A stretch of 64,000 nucleotides of DNA from Octopus sinensis. Lineage: Eukaryota. Below, one piece after another: positions 1 to 11,949 of the stretch (the stretch's first letter is position 1; every line of letters begins with the position of its first letter). The translations under genes and the position numbers were made by a program. The notes beneath the pieces are model-generated. The model did no database searches, had not been told where the DNA came from, and saw only the letters and a program-made list of their open reading frames with translations. The DNA is taken from the NCBI RefSeq assembly GCF_006345805.1, contig NC_042999.1, positions 71,610,001 to 71,674,000 of the forward strand, given 5' to 3'.

Positions 1-306
1 TACAATCAGTGTCTTTTCTTACGAATGTTGTACAGTTACACTATCTTCTATTTTTATATATATAGATTAATAAATACGGAAACTTTACGCTCAATTTAAT
101 TAAGATATTTTTGCCAGTATTGTAATTGAAATGTTTTGAAACTGATTCTTTAAAAATATCTGTGAATAATTTTTTGTTCAAATAATCAAAATAATAATGA
201 CGATGATAATAACAACAACAACAACAACAACAACGCTAGTACCACCAGCAACAATAACAACAACATAAGGAAAATAAATTTCGTTTATATTTAGTTGCAT
301 TTCCAG

Positions 307-356
307 CGGAAAAAAGTGCTTTGGATTAAAAAAGAAACGTACTTACAAAAAGTGAA
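307..356 (+). other. Candidate non-coding (5'UTR) exon
   Basis: ttccAG acceptor at 305-306 and AA|GTAAGT donor at 357-362. A 99-nt intron would join it to the exon at 456. Splice signals only, no transcript evidence. Confidence 0.3.
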
Positions 357-458
357 GTAAGTAATATAATAATTTGGGATAAATACACGTATTCAGTATC
401 CTGAAAATAGAATGAATGTCCGTAATACGGAAATTACTAAAATATATGTATGCAGGCG

Positions 459-545
459 ATGAATTGGCAAATCATTCGACATCGAGCAAAATGCATTTCG
501 TTAATTGTTCTGATTCTTTACGCACGGTGTTCAAAATCCGCAAAG
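459..545 (+). CDS. Candidate first coding exon with signal-peptide-like sequence MNWQIIRHRAKCISLIVLILYARCSKSAK (partial gene, product unknown)
   Basis: tgcAG acceptor (454-455), ATG at 459, AAG|GTAAAT donor at 546. Basic N-region followed by hydrophobic core ISLIVLILY. This frame is not in the ORF track. Confidence 0.4.
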
Positions 546-984
546 GTAAATTTTATCATCCTGAATTCGATAAGATATTAGCAAAGACTGCGCTGAATTA
601 ATTACATATATTGCTAATCTATGCCAACATGTTATGATCTAAGGTGTTATAGGAGAGCCGAATACACCGTTCAACGATGGATCTCCGACAACTAATGAAA
701 TGACACAGCTTAGCTTTCGTTAATTCTATTTACCTGTAACAGGTTGATATTAATGCTATAACACATTCGCACACAAAGATGTACATGTTCATACATGCGT
801 GCAAACACACAAAAACATTACGCCGTTCACTAACCTCCAAACACATTTTCTGTCTTTAATAGGTAATTCTATACAAAAGGGAAAGTGACTTGTCCTTTTG
901 TAAACAACCGATATATAATTTGAGTTTATGAACAAAGCAATGCTGTTCCCATTATATATAGTTGTTTGTTTTCAATATTTTAAT

Positions 985-1013
985 TATCTTATTTCCTTTC
1001 TTTGCAGGTAAGT
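985..1013 (+). other. Strong 3' splice site immediately followed by a consensus 5' splice site (ttatcttatttcctttctttgcAG|GTAAGT)
   Basis: Long pyrimidine tract, CAG at 1005-1007, GTAAGT at 1008-1013. Alternatively a 28-nt exon 1008-1035 (VSKGDFIQY) ending at G|GTAAAG. Confidence 0.45.
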
Positions 1014-1243
1014 AAAGGTGACTTCATTCAATATGGTAAAGTATATTAAATACCATTATTATTTTTGCAAATTCAACATTTTCAAATGTAAATGAAACAA
1101 CTTCTCTTGAATATGCACAGCCATATGCACAATTACATACATACATACATACATACATGCATACATACATACATACATACATACATACATACATACATAC
1201 ATACAAACATACATACATACATACATACATGCATACATACATA

Positions 1244-2146
1244 CTTTGGATAGGATCGAGGCAAGGAAACAAGAACCCACCGTATGATTGAAACCATAAC
1301 CAATCATAATAAAAAAGGAGAATTAGTGGTATATTCCAGTGAAAGCCTCGATAAAATGTAAACACAACAGATGTAACATAATGATTTGGGATACAGAAGA
1401 GAAATTGTGTACAGTCGTGGAAATCAGCCAAAGATCAGCGACAAAAAAATACCGATACTGAACCTTTGAGAAATTTGCTATTTTATCCAGATTACAAGTT
1501 CAGGTTCATACTTGTAATCGTTGAGGCACTAGGATTTGTAACACATTGCCTAAATACCAATCTTGAAAAATTAGGCTTCCCAAAAACAGGGAGGAAAAAG
1601 CTGATTCGAAGACTACAGATCCAATTCATCACTGGAACTGTAAAAGTCTGTAAGACTTTCCAGAAGTTTATCATTCAAGTATATATGAGCATGACTAGAT
1701 ATGCAAATATATGCATAAAACATATACATAAAATAAAACATACAAATTTGCACATATACATACATACATGCATACAACATATATACAAAAATTACCCTCT
1801 TGATATTGAGGAAATTACCATGAAGGAGTCTTGGATCTAGGTTAGAAACCGCCTCTTTCTGTATTGACAAGAAATCTTGAAATAAAACAGAATAATGACA
1901 TTCACACACACATACATGTATACATACATACATACATACATATATACATACATACATACATACACACACATACGTACATAAAGACATACAAACATACATG
2001 CATACATACGTACATAAATACATACATGCATAAATACATACATACATACATACATACATACATACATACATACACATACATACATACATACATACATACA
2101 TACATACAAACATACATACATACATACATACATGCATACATACATA
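1244..2146 (+). mobile_element. 3' fragment of R4/Dong-like (RLE-type) non-LTR retrotransposon, copy 1, with 3'UTR and (TACA)n
   Basis: Translates KCKHNRCNIMIWDTEEKLCTVVEIS ... FYPDYKFRFILVIVEALGFVTHCLNTNLEKLGF...LQIQFITGTVKVCKTFQKF, the typical restriction-like endonuclease C-terminus. Frameshifted. Confidence 0.8.
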
Positions 2147-2957
2147 CTTTGGATAGGATCGAGGCAAGGAAACAAGAACCCACCGTATGATTGAAACCAT
2201 AACCAATCATAATAAAAAAGGAGAATTAGTGGTATATTCCAGTGAAAGCCTCGATAAAATGTAAACACAACAGATGTAACATAATGATTTGGGATACAGA
2301 AGAGAAATTGTGTACAGTCGTGGAAATCAGCCAAAGATCAGCGACAAAAAAATACCGATACTGAACCTTTGAGAAATTTGCTATTTTATCCAGATTACAA
2401 GTTCAGGTTCATACTTGTAATCGTTGAGGCACTAGGATTTGTAACACATTGCCTAAATACCAATCTTGAAAAATTAGGCTTCCCAAAACCAGGGAGGAAA
2501 AAGCTGATTCGAAGACTACAGATCCAATTCATCACTGGAACTGTAAAAGTCTGTAAGACTTTCCAGAAGTTTATCATTCAAGTATATATGAGCATGACTA
2601 GATATGCAAATATATGCATAAAACATATACATAAAATAAAACATACAAATTTGCACATATACATACATACATGCATACAACATATATACAAAAATTACCC
2701 TCTTGATATTGAGGAAATTACCATGAAGGAGTCTTGGATCTAGGTTAGAAACCGCCTCTTTCTGTATTGACAAGAAATCTTGAAATAAAACAGAATAATG
2801 ACATTCACACACACATACATGTATACATACATACATACATACATATATACATACATACATACATACACACACATACGTACATAAAGACATACAAACATAC
2901 ATGCATACATACGTACATAAATACATACATGCATAAATACATACATACATACATACA

Positions 2958-2990
<33 letters not shown>
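2147..2990 (+). mobile_element. Second, tandem copy of the same R4/Dong-like 3' fragment (period 903 bp)
   Basis: ORFs 1466/2369 and 1492/2395 are offset by exactly 903 bp and nearly identical. Confidence 0.85.
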
Positions 2991-4373
2991 TAATTGACTA
3001 TTTGTTTAATCGTTCCTTCAGTCAATCACTTAGGTTTGTCAAATTCCACTCGTCACCATTATAAGTGTCGATGAAGTATAGAAAGTATTTTCAAAGCGTC
3101 AGGCAAGGTATAATCTCCCTCGGTATCACTAAATACCTTTGCATGATTTGTTTAAGTAATACTGAAAATGTTATATATGCCTCTTCCTCCATCACGTCAA
3201 ACCTTCTCGTTAGAAAGATTTAGTAGAAAATGATTATTCTCTTCCCTGGTGTCATTGGTATCTCACTCACGCCTTCGCCAATTTTTGAAGAATCGGACTA
3301 TCATTAATCCAAGGAACATTTTTTTCACCGCATGATAACTCATCCAATCAGCCGTTGTAATGTCAATATTTGATTCTTTGCTGCATTTAGAGGTGTTCAT
3401 TTTTCCACAAACACGAAGCTGATTCCGGTTTGGGGATACAATTCTCTACTCTTACACGCATACACACACACACACACACATACACACGCACACACACATA
3501 CACACTCCAGAATTGGAGGCTCATGGATCCTACCCTCTGTTCTCTGACTCAACTATAAAAAAAAATTAACTATTTCAGAACCGCCAAAAATTTTAGTGAC
3601 CTGGATAAATAAGGCTTTAACAGATAAATAAGGCTAGAAGCATTGACTGATAATATTTCTTAATAATTCCTTACATTTTTCCGGTAGCTAAACCCAAAGA
3701 GCTCCATAGATCTAAGTGTTATGAATCACCACAGAGAATCACAACAGAGAAATCATGTCTGGTAGACATTCAGTCAATGTTCCCAGTGTTTATTTTCCGT
3801 TGAAATTTTGCAATCTCCATACATAAAATAGATGGATGGACCACGCATCAGTTTTCAATCCTTATCAAGTGAATTTCTTGTTTGCATAACTTGAACATTA
3901 AATAGACTAAACCTTGCTCATTGCACGAGGCAGAGCTTCAAACAATACGGCGAAAACGTAAAATAAAAGTAACTTTAGCAGTAGGTAACTGACACACGTG
4001 ATAACTAATATTTTATATATTATTTTGCTTGTTTTCTTTTGTTTTAAAACTTGAAAAGGACTATGTAAGAGGATGGTATTGAGTATAATATCTTAAAAGG
4101 AAACAATAACTGGGGAAAATGTGATACTTTAATGCCCTGAATATCCGTCCATTAAGGGAGTGAACTTGATAGCATGCTCATGCTCACTGCGCTCAATGAT
4201 ACATTAACAATTGTATGTCTGCTGCAGGTCAGTGAAACAGCTTCTCAACTATAAATATATAAAAGTAGGATTATTCAGATAAATGTCAAGCTATAAGTAA
4301 CAGTGGGCGATAAACAGATAAGGAAAAGAGAGAAGAGATAGGGAAAGGAATGTGTGTGTATATATACATACAC

Positions 4374-4429
<56 letters not shown>

Positions 4430-5227
4430 GAGACAGGCAGAGACAGATAGACAGACAGAGGTAGATAGACAGACAGGAGAGTGTGTGTCTCTTGTAAAGA
4501 GAAGAAAGTAAGACAGAAATAAGGGAGAAGTGAATTTCACTACGTTTAAGAACTTTTTGCTTTTTAAAAAGATGTGTGAGAAACATTAGACTGGTCTCTT
4601 TGTTTTACCGATTATTATAGCGGCTGAATTAAACTTCTATGAATCAAATACGTGAGATAATTTTCACATATTATTGAAATGATTTTATTTCACATCGTAC
4701 TTATCACAGGAATAGCACGCCAAAATGTAATTTTTTTAATTTGCTAAATTGTGCTAAATTCTGAGTTTAAAAAATATTACTTCCCATTTGGTTTGTGGTG
4801 AACGCTGTAGGGCAGGCATTAAGCTGCAAAACAGCAATCTGACTTCCCTAATACAGTCGCTCATAGCGACAAGCCCAAAACTTTAATATTGTATCTAAGA
4901 CAAATCAGCAAGGCATATTTCACTGCTACTACAGGTTACGCTGTAAGAAAACAGCAGAGCACTGGAAGCTAATAAAATTCTCCTCTATTTTATAATTCTG
5001 ACGCTGCTTAGAATGATGTGTCTTGAGCCTCTTTATAGCTCGGAGTACTGAATAGTTTTAGTATCAGGTTATAGCTAGTATTTAGCTTCGTATCGTCTCT
5101 GGTTGGCACTGGATGTACTTTAATACCCAGTATATTTATTCGACTAAAGGTGGGTGTTTACAAGTAAATTTGACCCAACCTGATGCCTATCATTTAATTA
5201 TATCTGATTCTCTCCCGAAACCTTAAT

Positions 5228-5260
<33 letters not shown>

Positions 5261-5261
<1 letters not shown>

Positions 5262-5541
5262 AAATTATAATTTAGGGTATCTAAGAGATAGGACCACGCT
5301 GGAAATAGCAGTCAAAACTTGACTCTAAAACCACATTAAATGTTCATACAGCACCAGGAGAGAAGACAAAGAGACAAAATAAACTAGCGAAAAGTAATCC
5401 AGTAATATTTTTGACTAGTTTATTTTGTCACTTTGTCTTCTCTCCTGGTGTTGTATGAACATTTAATGTGGTTTTAGAGTCAAGTTTTGGCTGCTATTTC
5501 CAACGTGGTGGTATCTCTTAGATACCCTTAATTATAATTTT
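5261..5541. repeat. Long inverted repeat, about 127-bp arms with a 27-nt spacer
   Basis: 5261-5387 is the reverse complement of 5415-5541 with about 7 mismatches by manual comparison. Confidence 0.95.
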
Positions 5542-5625
5542 AAATAATTATTACCATTGAAAGTTTTTATATCCATGCTAGCCACCTGATAAGATCGGTA
5601 TTTAAATATCGATCTTATCCTTAAT

Positions 5626-5667
<42 letters not shown>

Positions 5668-5837
5668 TCACTATCAAGGTTGTGTGGAGTTCCGAATATA
5701 TACAGGTGCTCAACCATAACAGATCTTCAGGTAACACTTTATTGTATCAAATTACAGATATACGGGTTAGATAGGAATGTATATTTCAAGATCTGAGGAA
5801 CTGAATTTGTAAGTTTTAATACACTAGAATGAAAATT

Positions 5838-6307
5838 ATAATAAATCTCTGAACGAGATATAAACAGTAACCGCTCGACAACGTAAGGGGCTAAAAGCAT
5901 CAGTAACCCCCCCCCCAGTGGCTAGCCACATTCAGATGGCTGATACCCCTTACGTTATCGAGCGGTTACTGTTTATATCTCGTTCAGAGATTTATTATTG
6001 TTTTCAGACAGTTTTTCTACATCAGTGACAGTGGTTACTGTGAAAAACATTATATATTACTTGTGAGGGGACTCCTTCATCGAAGACCGATGCTTACCAT
6101 GCGTTGACGGGAGGCAATTACCTTGAAACTATAGTCCGTATGTAGTACTCGGGTCTTCGAGGGAGGATGACCTCCCTTTGCAAGTAACACAAGGACACTG
6201 AGATAGTGTCTAAAGTCCTTCTGGTGACGTTGATCGCCTGGGGCTAAAAGCATCAGTAACCCACCCCCCAGTGGCTAGCCACATTCAGATGGCTGATACA
6301 CCTTACG
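5838..6307. mobile_element. Small noncoding insertion with 13-bp TSD, 5' inverted arm and terminal direct repeats (non-autonomous PLE-like element)
   Basis: TAGAATGAAAATT at 5825-5837 and 6308-6320. 53-bp inverted arms at 5838-5890 and 5946-5998. The loop 5891-5945 is repeated at 6244-6298. Imperfect internal hairpin at 6058-6186. Confidence 0.7.
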
Positions 6308-6383
6308 TAGAATGAAAATTGTTCTACATTTATTTTGTGTATCATCGCTCACTAATTACCTAGCCAATACTGGACTAAAGAAA

Positions 6384-6570
6384 GGCGGCGAAATGCTTAG
6401 CGGTATTTCGTCTGTCTTTACGTTCTGAGTTCAAATTCCGCCGAGATCGACTTCACCTTTCATAATTTCGGACCCGATAAATTGAGTACCAGTTGCGTAC
6501 TGGAATCGATAAAATCGACTAGCCTCCTGCCCAAATATTTTGGACCTTGTACCTAGCGAAGAAAATAATA
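6384..6570 (+). mobile_element. tRNA-derived SINE (octopus-type family 1), 5' partial
   Basis: GGCGAAATGCTTAGCGGTATTTCGTC...GAGTTCAAATTCCGCCGAG (B-box). Same family at 7891 and 28995. Confidence 0.8.
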
Positions 6571-6783
6571 CTGGAGTAAACAACGCACTAACATACACAC
6601 ACAAAAACACACACACGCACACACGTACACATACACGTACATGACTTCTCTCCAACACATCTCTGATGCAAACTCTCAGTCATTAGATATGCATAAATCT
6701 ATATTTAGATGTGTGTGTGCATGCGTAACTATTTATATAAATGTATATGTGAGTGTATGTGTATGTATATATATATATATATA

Positions 6784-6983
6784 TACTCTTTTACTTGTTT
6801 CAGTCATTTGACTGCGGCCATGCTGGAGCACCGCCTTTAGTCGAGCAAATCGACCCCGGGACTTATTCTTTGTATGCCCAGTACTTATTATATCGGTCTC
6901 TTTTGCCTAACCGCTAAGGGACGGGGACGTAAACACACCAGCATTGGTTGTCAAGCAATGCTAGGGGGACAAACACAGATACA

Positions 6984-6985
<2 letters not shown>
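6784..6985 (-). mobile_element. SINE-like repeat (family 2)
   Basis: cagtcatttgactgcggccatgctggagcaccgcc... recurs at 57260-57440 and 63065-63260. Confidence 0.8.
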
Positions 6986-7045
<60 letters not shown>

Positions 7046-7164
7046 ATACATATATACGACACACACACAGACACACAAACATACACACACACACACACAC
7101 ACACATATATAATATATATATATATATATACATATATACGACACACACACAGACACACAAACAT

Positions 7165-7209
<45 letters not shown>

Positions 7210-7440
7210 CATATATACGACATATATATATATATATGATTGATTGATTGATTGATTCTAGTTTCAGCTCATGAGCTGTGGCCTTGCTGGGGCACCGCCA
7301 TTTATATATATATAATATATATATATATAAATATAGGGATGGTATTATTAAAATACCATCACAAGTGGTAAGCAAAATATCAGCTGTACAGGCAAATTAA
7401 TAAAATATACACATACTATATTAGATATGTACATATATAC

Positions 7441-7585
7441 ACAAGGGTACTACATGAGTACCCATATCGCTAATGATAAAAGTCAAAAAATATTTCTGTA
7501 CCACCGAACAGTCACTATTCGGTGGTACAGAAGTATTTTTCGACTTCTATCTTTGGCGATATAGGTACTCATGTGGTACCCTTGT
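7441..7585. repeat. Imperfect inverted repeat, 68-bp arms with a 9-nt loop
   Basis: acaagggtac...ccaccgaa / ttcggtgg...gtacccttgt. Confidence 0.9.
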
Positions 7586-7606
7586 ATATATATGGACATA
7601 TCTAAT

Positions 7607-7655
<49 letters not shown>

Positions 7656-7890
7656 GTACATACTTATATATAGTGTATATGTATACATATTGTATATACG
7701 TTTGCATATATATTATACGCAAGTATATGCGTTTGCATATATATTATTTCTCAGCAAGTAAGATATTACTTTTAAACAAAAGAAATATATTCGGTAATAT
7801 TAGTATAAACACAACTATCATAGCAGAACTTGAGTTAGAAATTAAAATAGGTACAAACAAATCCTGGTTCCAATATTTGTATAGAGAGAG

Positions 7891-8200
7891 GGTAGCGAGT
7901 TGGCAGAATCGCTAGTATGCTGGGCAAAATGCTTAGCGGTATTTGTCTGCCGCTACGTTCTGACTTCAAATTCCGCCAAGGTCGACTTTGCCTTTCATCC
8001 TTTCGGGATCGATTAAATAAGTACCAGTTACGCACTGGGGTCGATATAATCGACTTAATCCGTTTGTCTGCTCTTTTTTGTCCCGTCTGTGCCTCTGTGT
8101 TTAACCTCCTGTGGGTAGTAAAGCAATAGGTATTTCGTCTGTCCCCCAGTTCTTAGTTCAAAAATTGCTCCGAGGTCGACTTTCATCCTTTCGGGGTTGA
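7891..8200 (+). mobile_element. tRNA-derived SINE (family 1), near full-length
   Basis: A-box-like TGGCAGAATCG and B-box-like TTCAAATTCC, followed by the family body and a partial internal duplication. Confidence 0.85.
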
Positions 8201-9929
8201 TGTAATAGGCTTATTCCATCCCTAGAAATTAATATTTGTATAGAGGGAAACATATATTTTACTAAGAATACTTTTGTATACATATGAATCACGCAATCTA
8301 CTGATTTGTAGATAAGTTATATGAAATCGTCGTCAATATATGGCAATCCTTAGAGAAATAGCATCTGAAACTCAGCATTTGAAGCTCTCGGTTATTATTT
8401 CTTCTTGTTATCGTTTCGTATATAGATGACTTACTGCAAACTCTATGATTCAAAAGATAAATTATGAAAGGCTCTTTTGGGACTTGAATAAGATTTGATT
8501 TTACACATATGTAGGAAGTTTCATTTTACATATATAGATTTGTTCGTTAATAATGTAAAGACTGAGATGTATTTGTACAACTAGAGAGATTGAAGCCACG
8601 AATATTGTTTAGATAACAGAAGCAGTACATAGCCTGAGGCAGAAAATGAACGATTGATTCGTGGTCCCGGTAGTCAGACATCTAATTGATTGAGTCACTT
8701 TTGAGTCGAAACACGTTTTTTTGCCCTCCACTCTTTATAAGCTGCAAAATCAGCAAGCTGTAGATCGTCTCTGAAATAGCAGACATCCTGCCTGAGAGAA
8801 CCTAATTTTAATTGCACGATCGTGTTGTTTGTAATTAGCTCTCCCTTCAATTCAATGGAAATGTAATCGTATGATTATTGGTGACAGTTGTGCGAGCCAA
8901 AGCCCAATTTTCTTGTAAAGATTCTGAATGAGATTGATTATCTTTCTTTTTTTATTCCTAGTGCAACAAATCTTCAATTAAACAAATAATGGAATGACTA
9001 AAATAAGCAAAACAAACAAATATGTAAATAATCATTCAGCATTTTAAACAAAGCAATATTTTATGTCATTCTGTCTGGTTGATAATAGTAGTTTTAATTA
9101 GGTTTACTTTAAAATTTGTTTGTTTCTTTTTTGCCTAACAAAATATATCCAGTAGAAAGAACGATGATCACACGGAACGAATAAGTAAAATAATGTTTTT
9201 ACTAATTAAAGACCAATCTTATGTCGGGTTTGTTAATAGATATAAAATAAAATTAAACAAAGCATTACTTACACGTAATAACAGTACTGAGTGTGGTTGG
9301 AGGGTGAAAATAATCGGAAGATGTATAACAAATTGTTAGAAAAGGAATAATAAATCAGAAAGAGAAGAAAATACTAAAGAGATACGATAAAACCTTCTTT
9401 ACAGAATTTCTCATGCTTTTGAGAAATGGAAAGCGTTCTTGCACACACACAAACACACACACACACACGCACACACACACACACACACACTAACACTCAC
9501 ACGCACACACGTCACGGGCACATACACATGCAGGCGAACATACACACACTCGTGGGCATGTATATTGGCATTGCTGCCTTAAGAGGTAATAAACGCCTGG
9601 AGATATTTTCATGAAATGTTTATGTTTTGAGTGCCTCCTGCATTCTGACCACGTTTCTCTTTTTAGTTACTGCTATACGGAGCTGCTAATATACATGTCT
9701 CTCCTACATCCTGATTATATTTTGTTTTCGCAAAAATCCACGATTACCATCCACTCAATAATAACAATGATGATGATGATGATGATGAAGACGAGGACGA
9801 CGTCAACGACGACAACAACAACAACAACGATGGAGATCAATAAAAAACTGGAATATAGAGTTAAATTCATGTGGAAAATTTTTGGCGAAGGTTATCACGA
9901 AGAGAGGCATAATTTCAAGGAGATAACTC

Positions 9930-10620
9930 ATCACCATTGCTGTTTGTGATTTGTATGATACCACTCATACAGATACCACGGAAAGTGACATCGAAGTACA
10001 CCTTGAAAAGTGGAGGAAAATTAAATTATCTGTTATATATGGATGATTTACAGGTCTTTGGAAATACCGAAAGTGAAATAAATGCCCTAGTTTCAACGGT
10101 GCATATATTCGAGGAGGATATCCGAATGGAATCTGGGACTAAAAGTCGTGGTACGCTTATAATACTAAGAAACAAAATAGTGTCGAATGGTGTAGAGCTA
10201 CTCAAAATCAAGCATATTGAGACTAATGGATACAAACCTCAGGAGATTTTAGAATACGACAAAATCAAGGAAAGTGAAATGAAAGAAAGCTTTAGGCGAA
10301 AATATCTCAGAAGAACCAGGTTAACTATGGGAAGTAGATTCAATGGAAAAAACAAAGTCAGAGCAATGAACACATGGGCTTTTTCCTTAATGTGATACGG
10401 CGCAGGTGTTGTTAGATGGACAAAGAACGAGCTTGAGGAAATTGATAGGAAAACTAGAAAAGAGATGACAATTAACAAGTAACTGACAAAATTGGTGCTT
10501 AGAAACAGGAGTGGAATAGGTCTCATATGATGCAAGATCTGTGTTGTCAACGCAAACATGAACCAGACATTTTGTGGCACTTTAACATTGAGACTGACAG
10601 AGTAATAGAAGGTAGAGTTG

Positions 10621-10716
<96 letters not shown>

Positions 10717-11050
10717 ATAGTAGTAGATAAAGAGAATAGAAAGTGCCAGATAATTGACTTTACAGTGAGAAATATAGAAAAAATAGCAAAGTACTAGGAC
10801 CTAGCTATTGAATTATAGAGACTATGGAAAGCGGGGGTAAAATGTATCCCAGTAGTTGTAGGTGCATTGGGAACTATCCCTAAATATCTGAATAGATGTA
10901 TATAGGATAAAGATCTGAATAGATGGATAGAGGAATAAAGGATAGAGGAAACCCAGTCTAGTACAGCTGTAGAAAACAGTGTTATTAGGGACAGCTACGA
11001 TACTTAGGAGGGTTCTTGGCATCTAAGGTTACTTGCTGTAACCCAATAGG
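9930..11050 (+). mobile_element. R4/Dong-like non-LTR retrotransposon fragment (RT C-terminal domains plus RLE), decayed
   Basis: LLFVICMIPL...LNYLLYMDDL (RT), AMNTWAFSLM*YGAGVVRWT, ILWHFNIETDRVIE, then DKENRKCQIIDF...CIPVVVGALGTIPK...TVLLGTATILRRVL. Stops and internal deletions. Confidence 0.88.
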
Positions 11051-11903
11051 AGGTTGCTTGGTATCTAAGGCTAATTGTTGTTGCCTGGTGTTAAGATTCT
11101 TTTCTTTTGCAACACTGTAATCTGTTCAGTGTATATGAATAACAATAAAACTCCGTAGCATTCATGACGATAAATGATAATCTTATTCAAGTACTGGAAA
11201 TAATTTTTCCTTTTATATTTCTTATATTTAGTGATACACTTTGTGGAAAATCTAAACTGAAATAAAAAGATACTGAAATAAAAGGAATATAAACGTGTAC
11301 TAAACAAATAACATAGGCAAAAGCTGAATGAAATCGCAAATTTAGTTTTACAGACGAATATATTAATAGTAAACAAACAATACATCGAATCTATAGTAGA
11401 AAATTCAAGAGACATACTCTAGAAACATATTACAAATAAATATTTTAAAAAGCTAAGCAGAAATAGCAATGCAGAAGTTATAAACTTCCATAATAAAAGT
11501 TTTAAAGAATTATAGATGTTCGTTGAGAAAACTGATATTGAAATCTGAAAGAATATGAAAATAGAATGGAAGACATTTATGAATTATTAAAGGTTCTGAT
11601 GGGTGAAATTATAGACGTTAACGACAGGAAATGTTGACGCAATATAAAATTTGAAGCGTAAATAAAGACGTGTACAACAACATATTAGTTTAGTTTGTGA
11701 AAATGTTAAATAAGGCGAATTGTAACAGTTATAAAAATCAGAGGAAAAACACTTGTTGTTTATATAAAGTGAATGTTTTATAGCTAGCTGTATCTTACTT
11801 TTAAAATCGCGCCGGCAGTATTAGAGTGTAACCTATAGAGCTAACAGATAGATCAAATTCTAACAGAACAGTTAGTATTAAGTGATTGATTGTATTATTA
11901 TTA

Positions 11904-11949
11904 TTGTCACTGAGGAGGTCACACATGTGTGACGAAGATTTCCTGACAA
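11904..11949 (+). ncRNA. Degenerate type I hammerhead-like motif
   Basis: Stem I TTGTCA/TGACAA, core CTGAGGA, stem II GTCACAC-AT-GTGTGAC. GAAG replaces GAAA and stem III is poor. Confidence 0.35.

Noticed and set aside
3000-3420. Minus-strand RDGGRGI motif suggesting an R4 RT remnant
   Set aside because: A single short motif amid stops; insufficient support.
8685-8720. TTGATTGAGTCA...TGAGTCGAAACACGTT hammerhead-like string
   Set aside because: Core and stem II are mismatched and there is no stem I.
8700-8900. Homeodomain/Sox/Meis-like motif cluster as an enhancer (similar patches at 3880-4240 and 4700-4980)
   Set aside because: Short motifs are expected by chance in AT-rich DNA; needs cross-species alignment.
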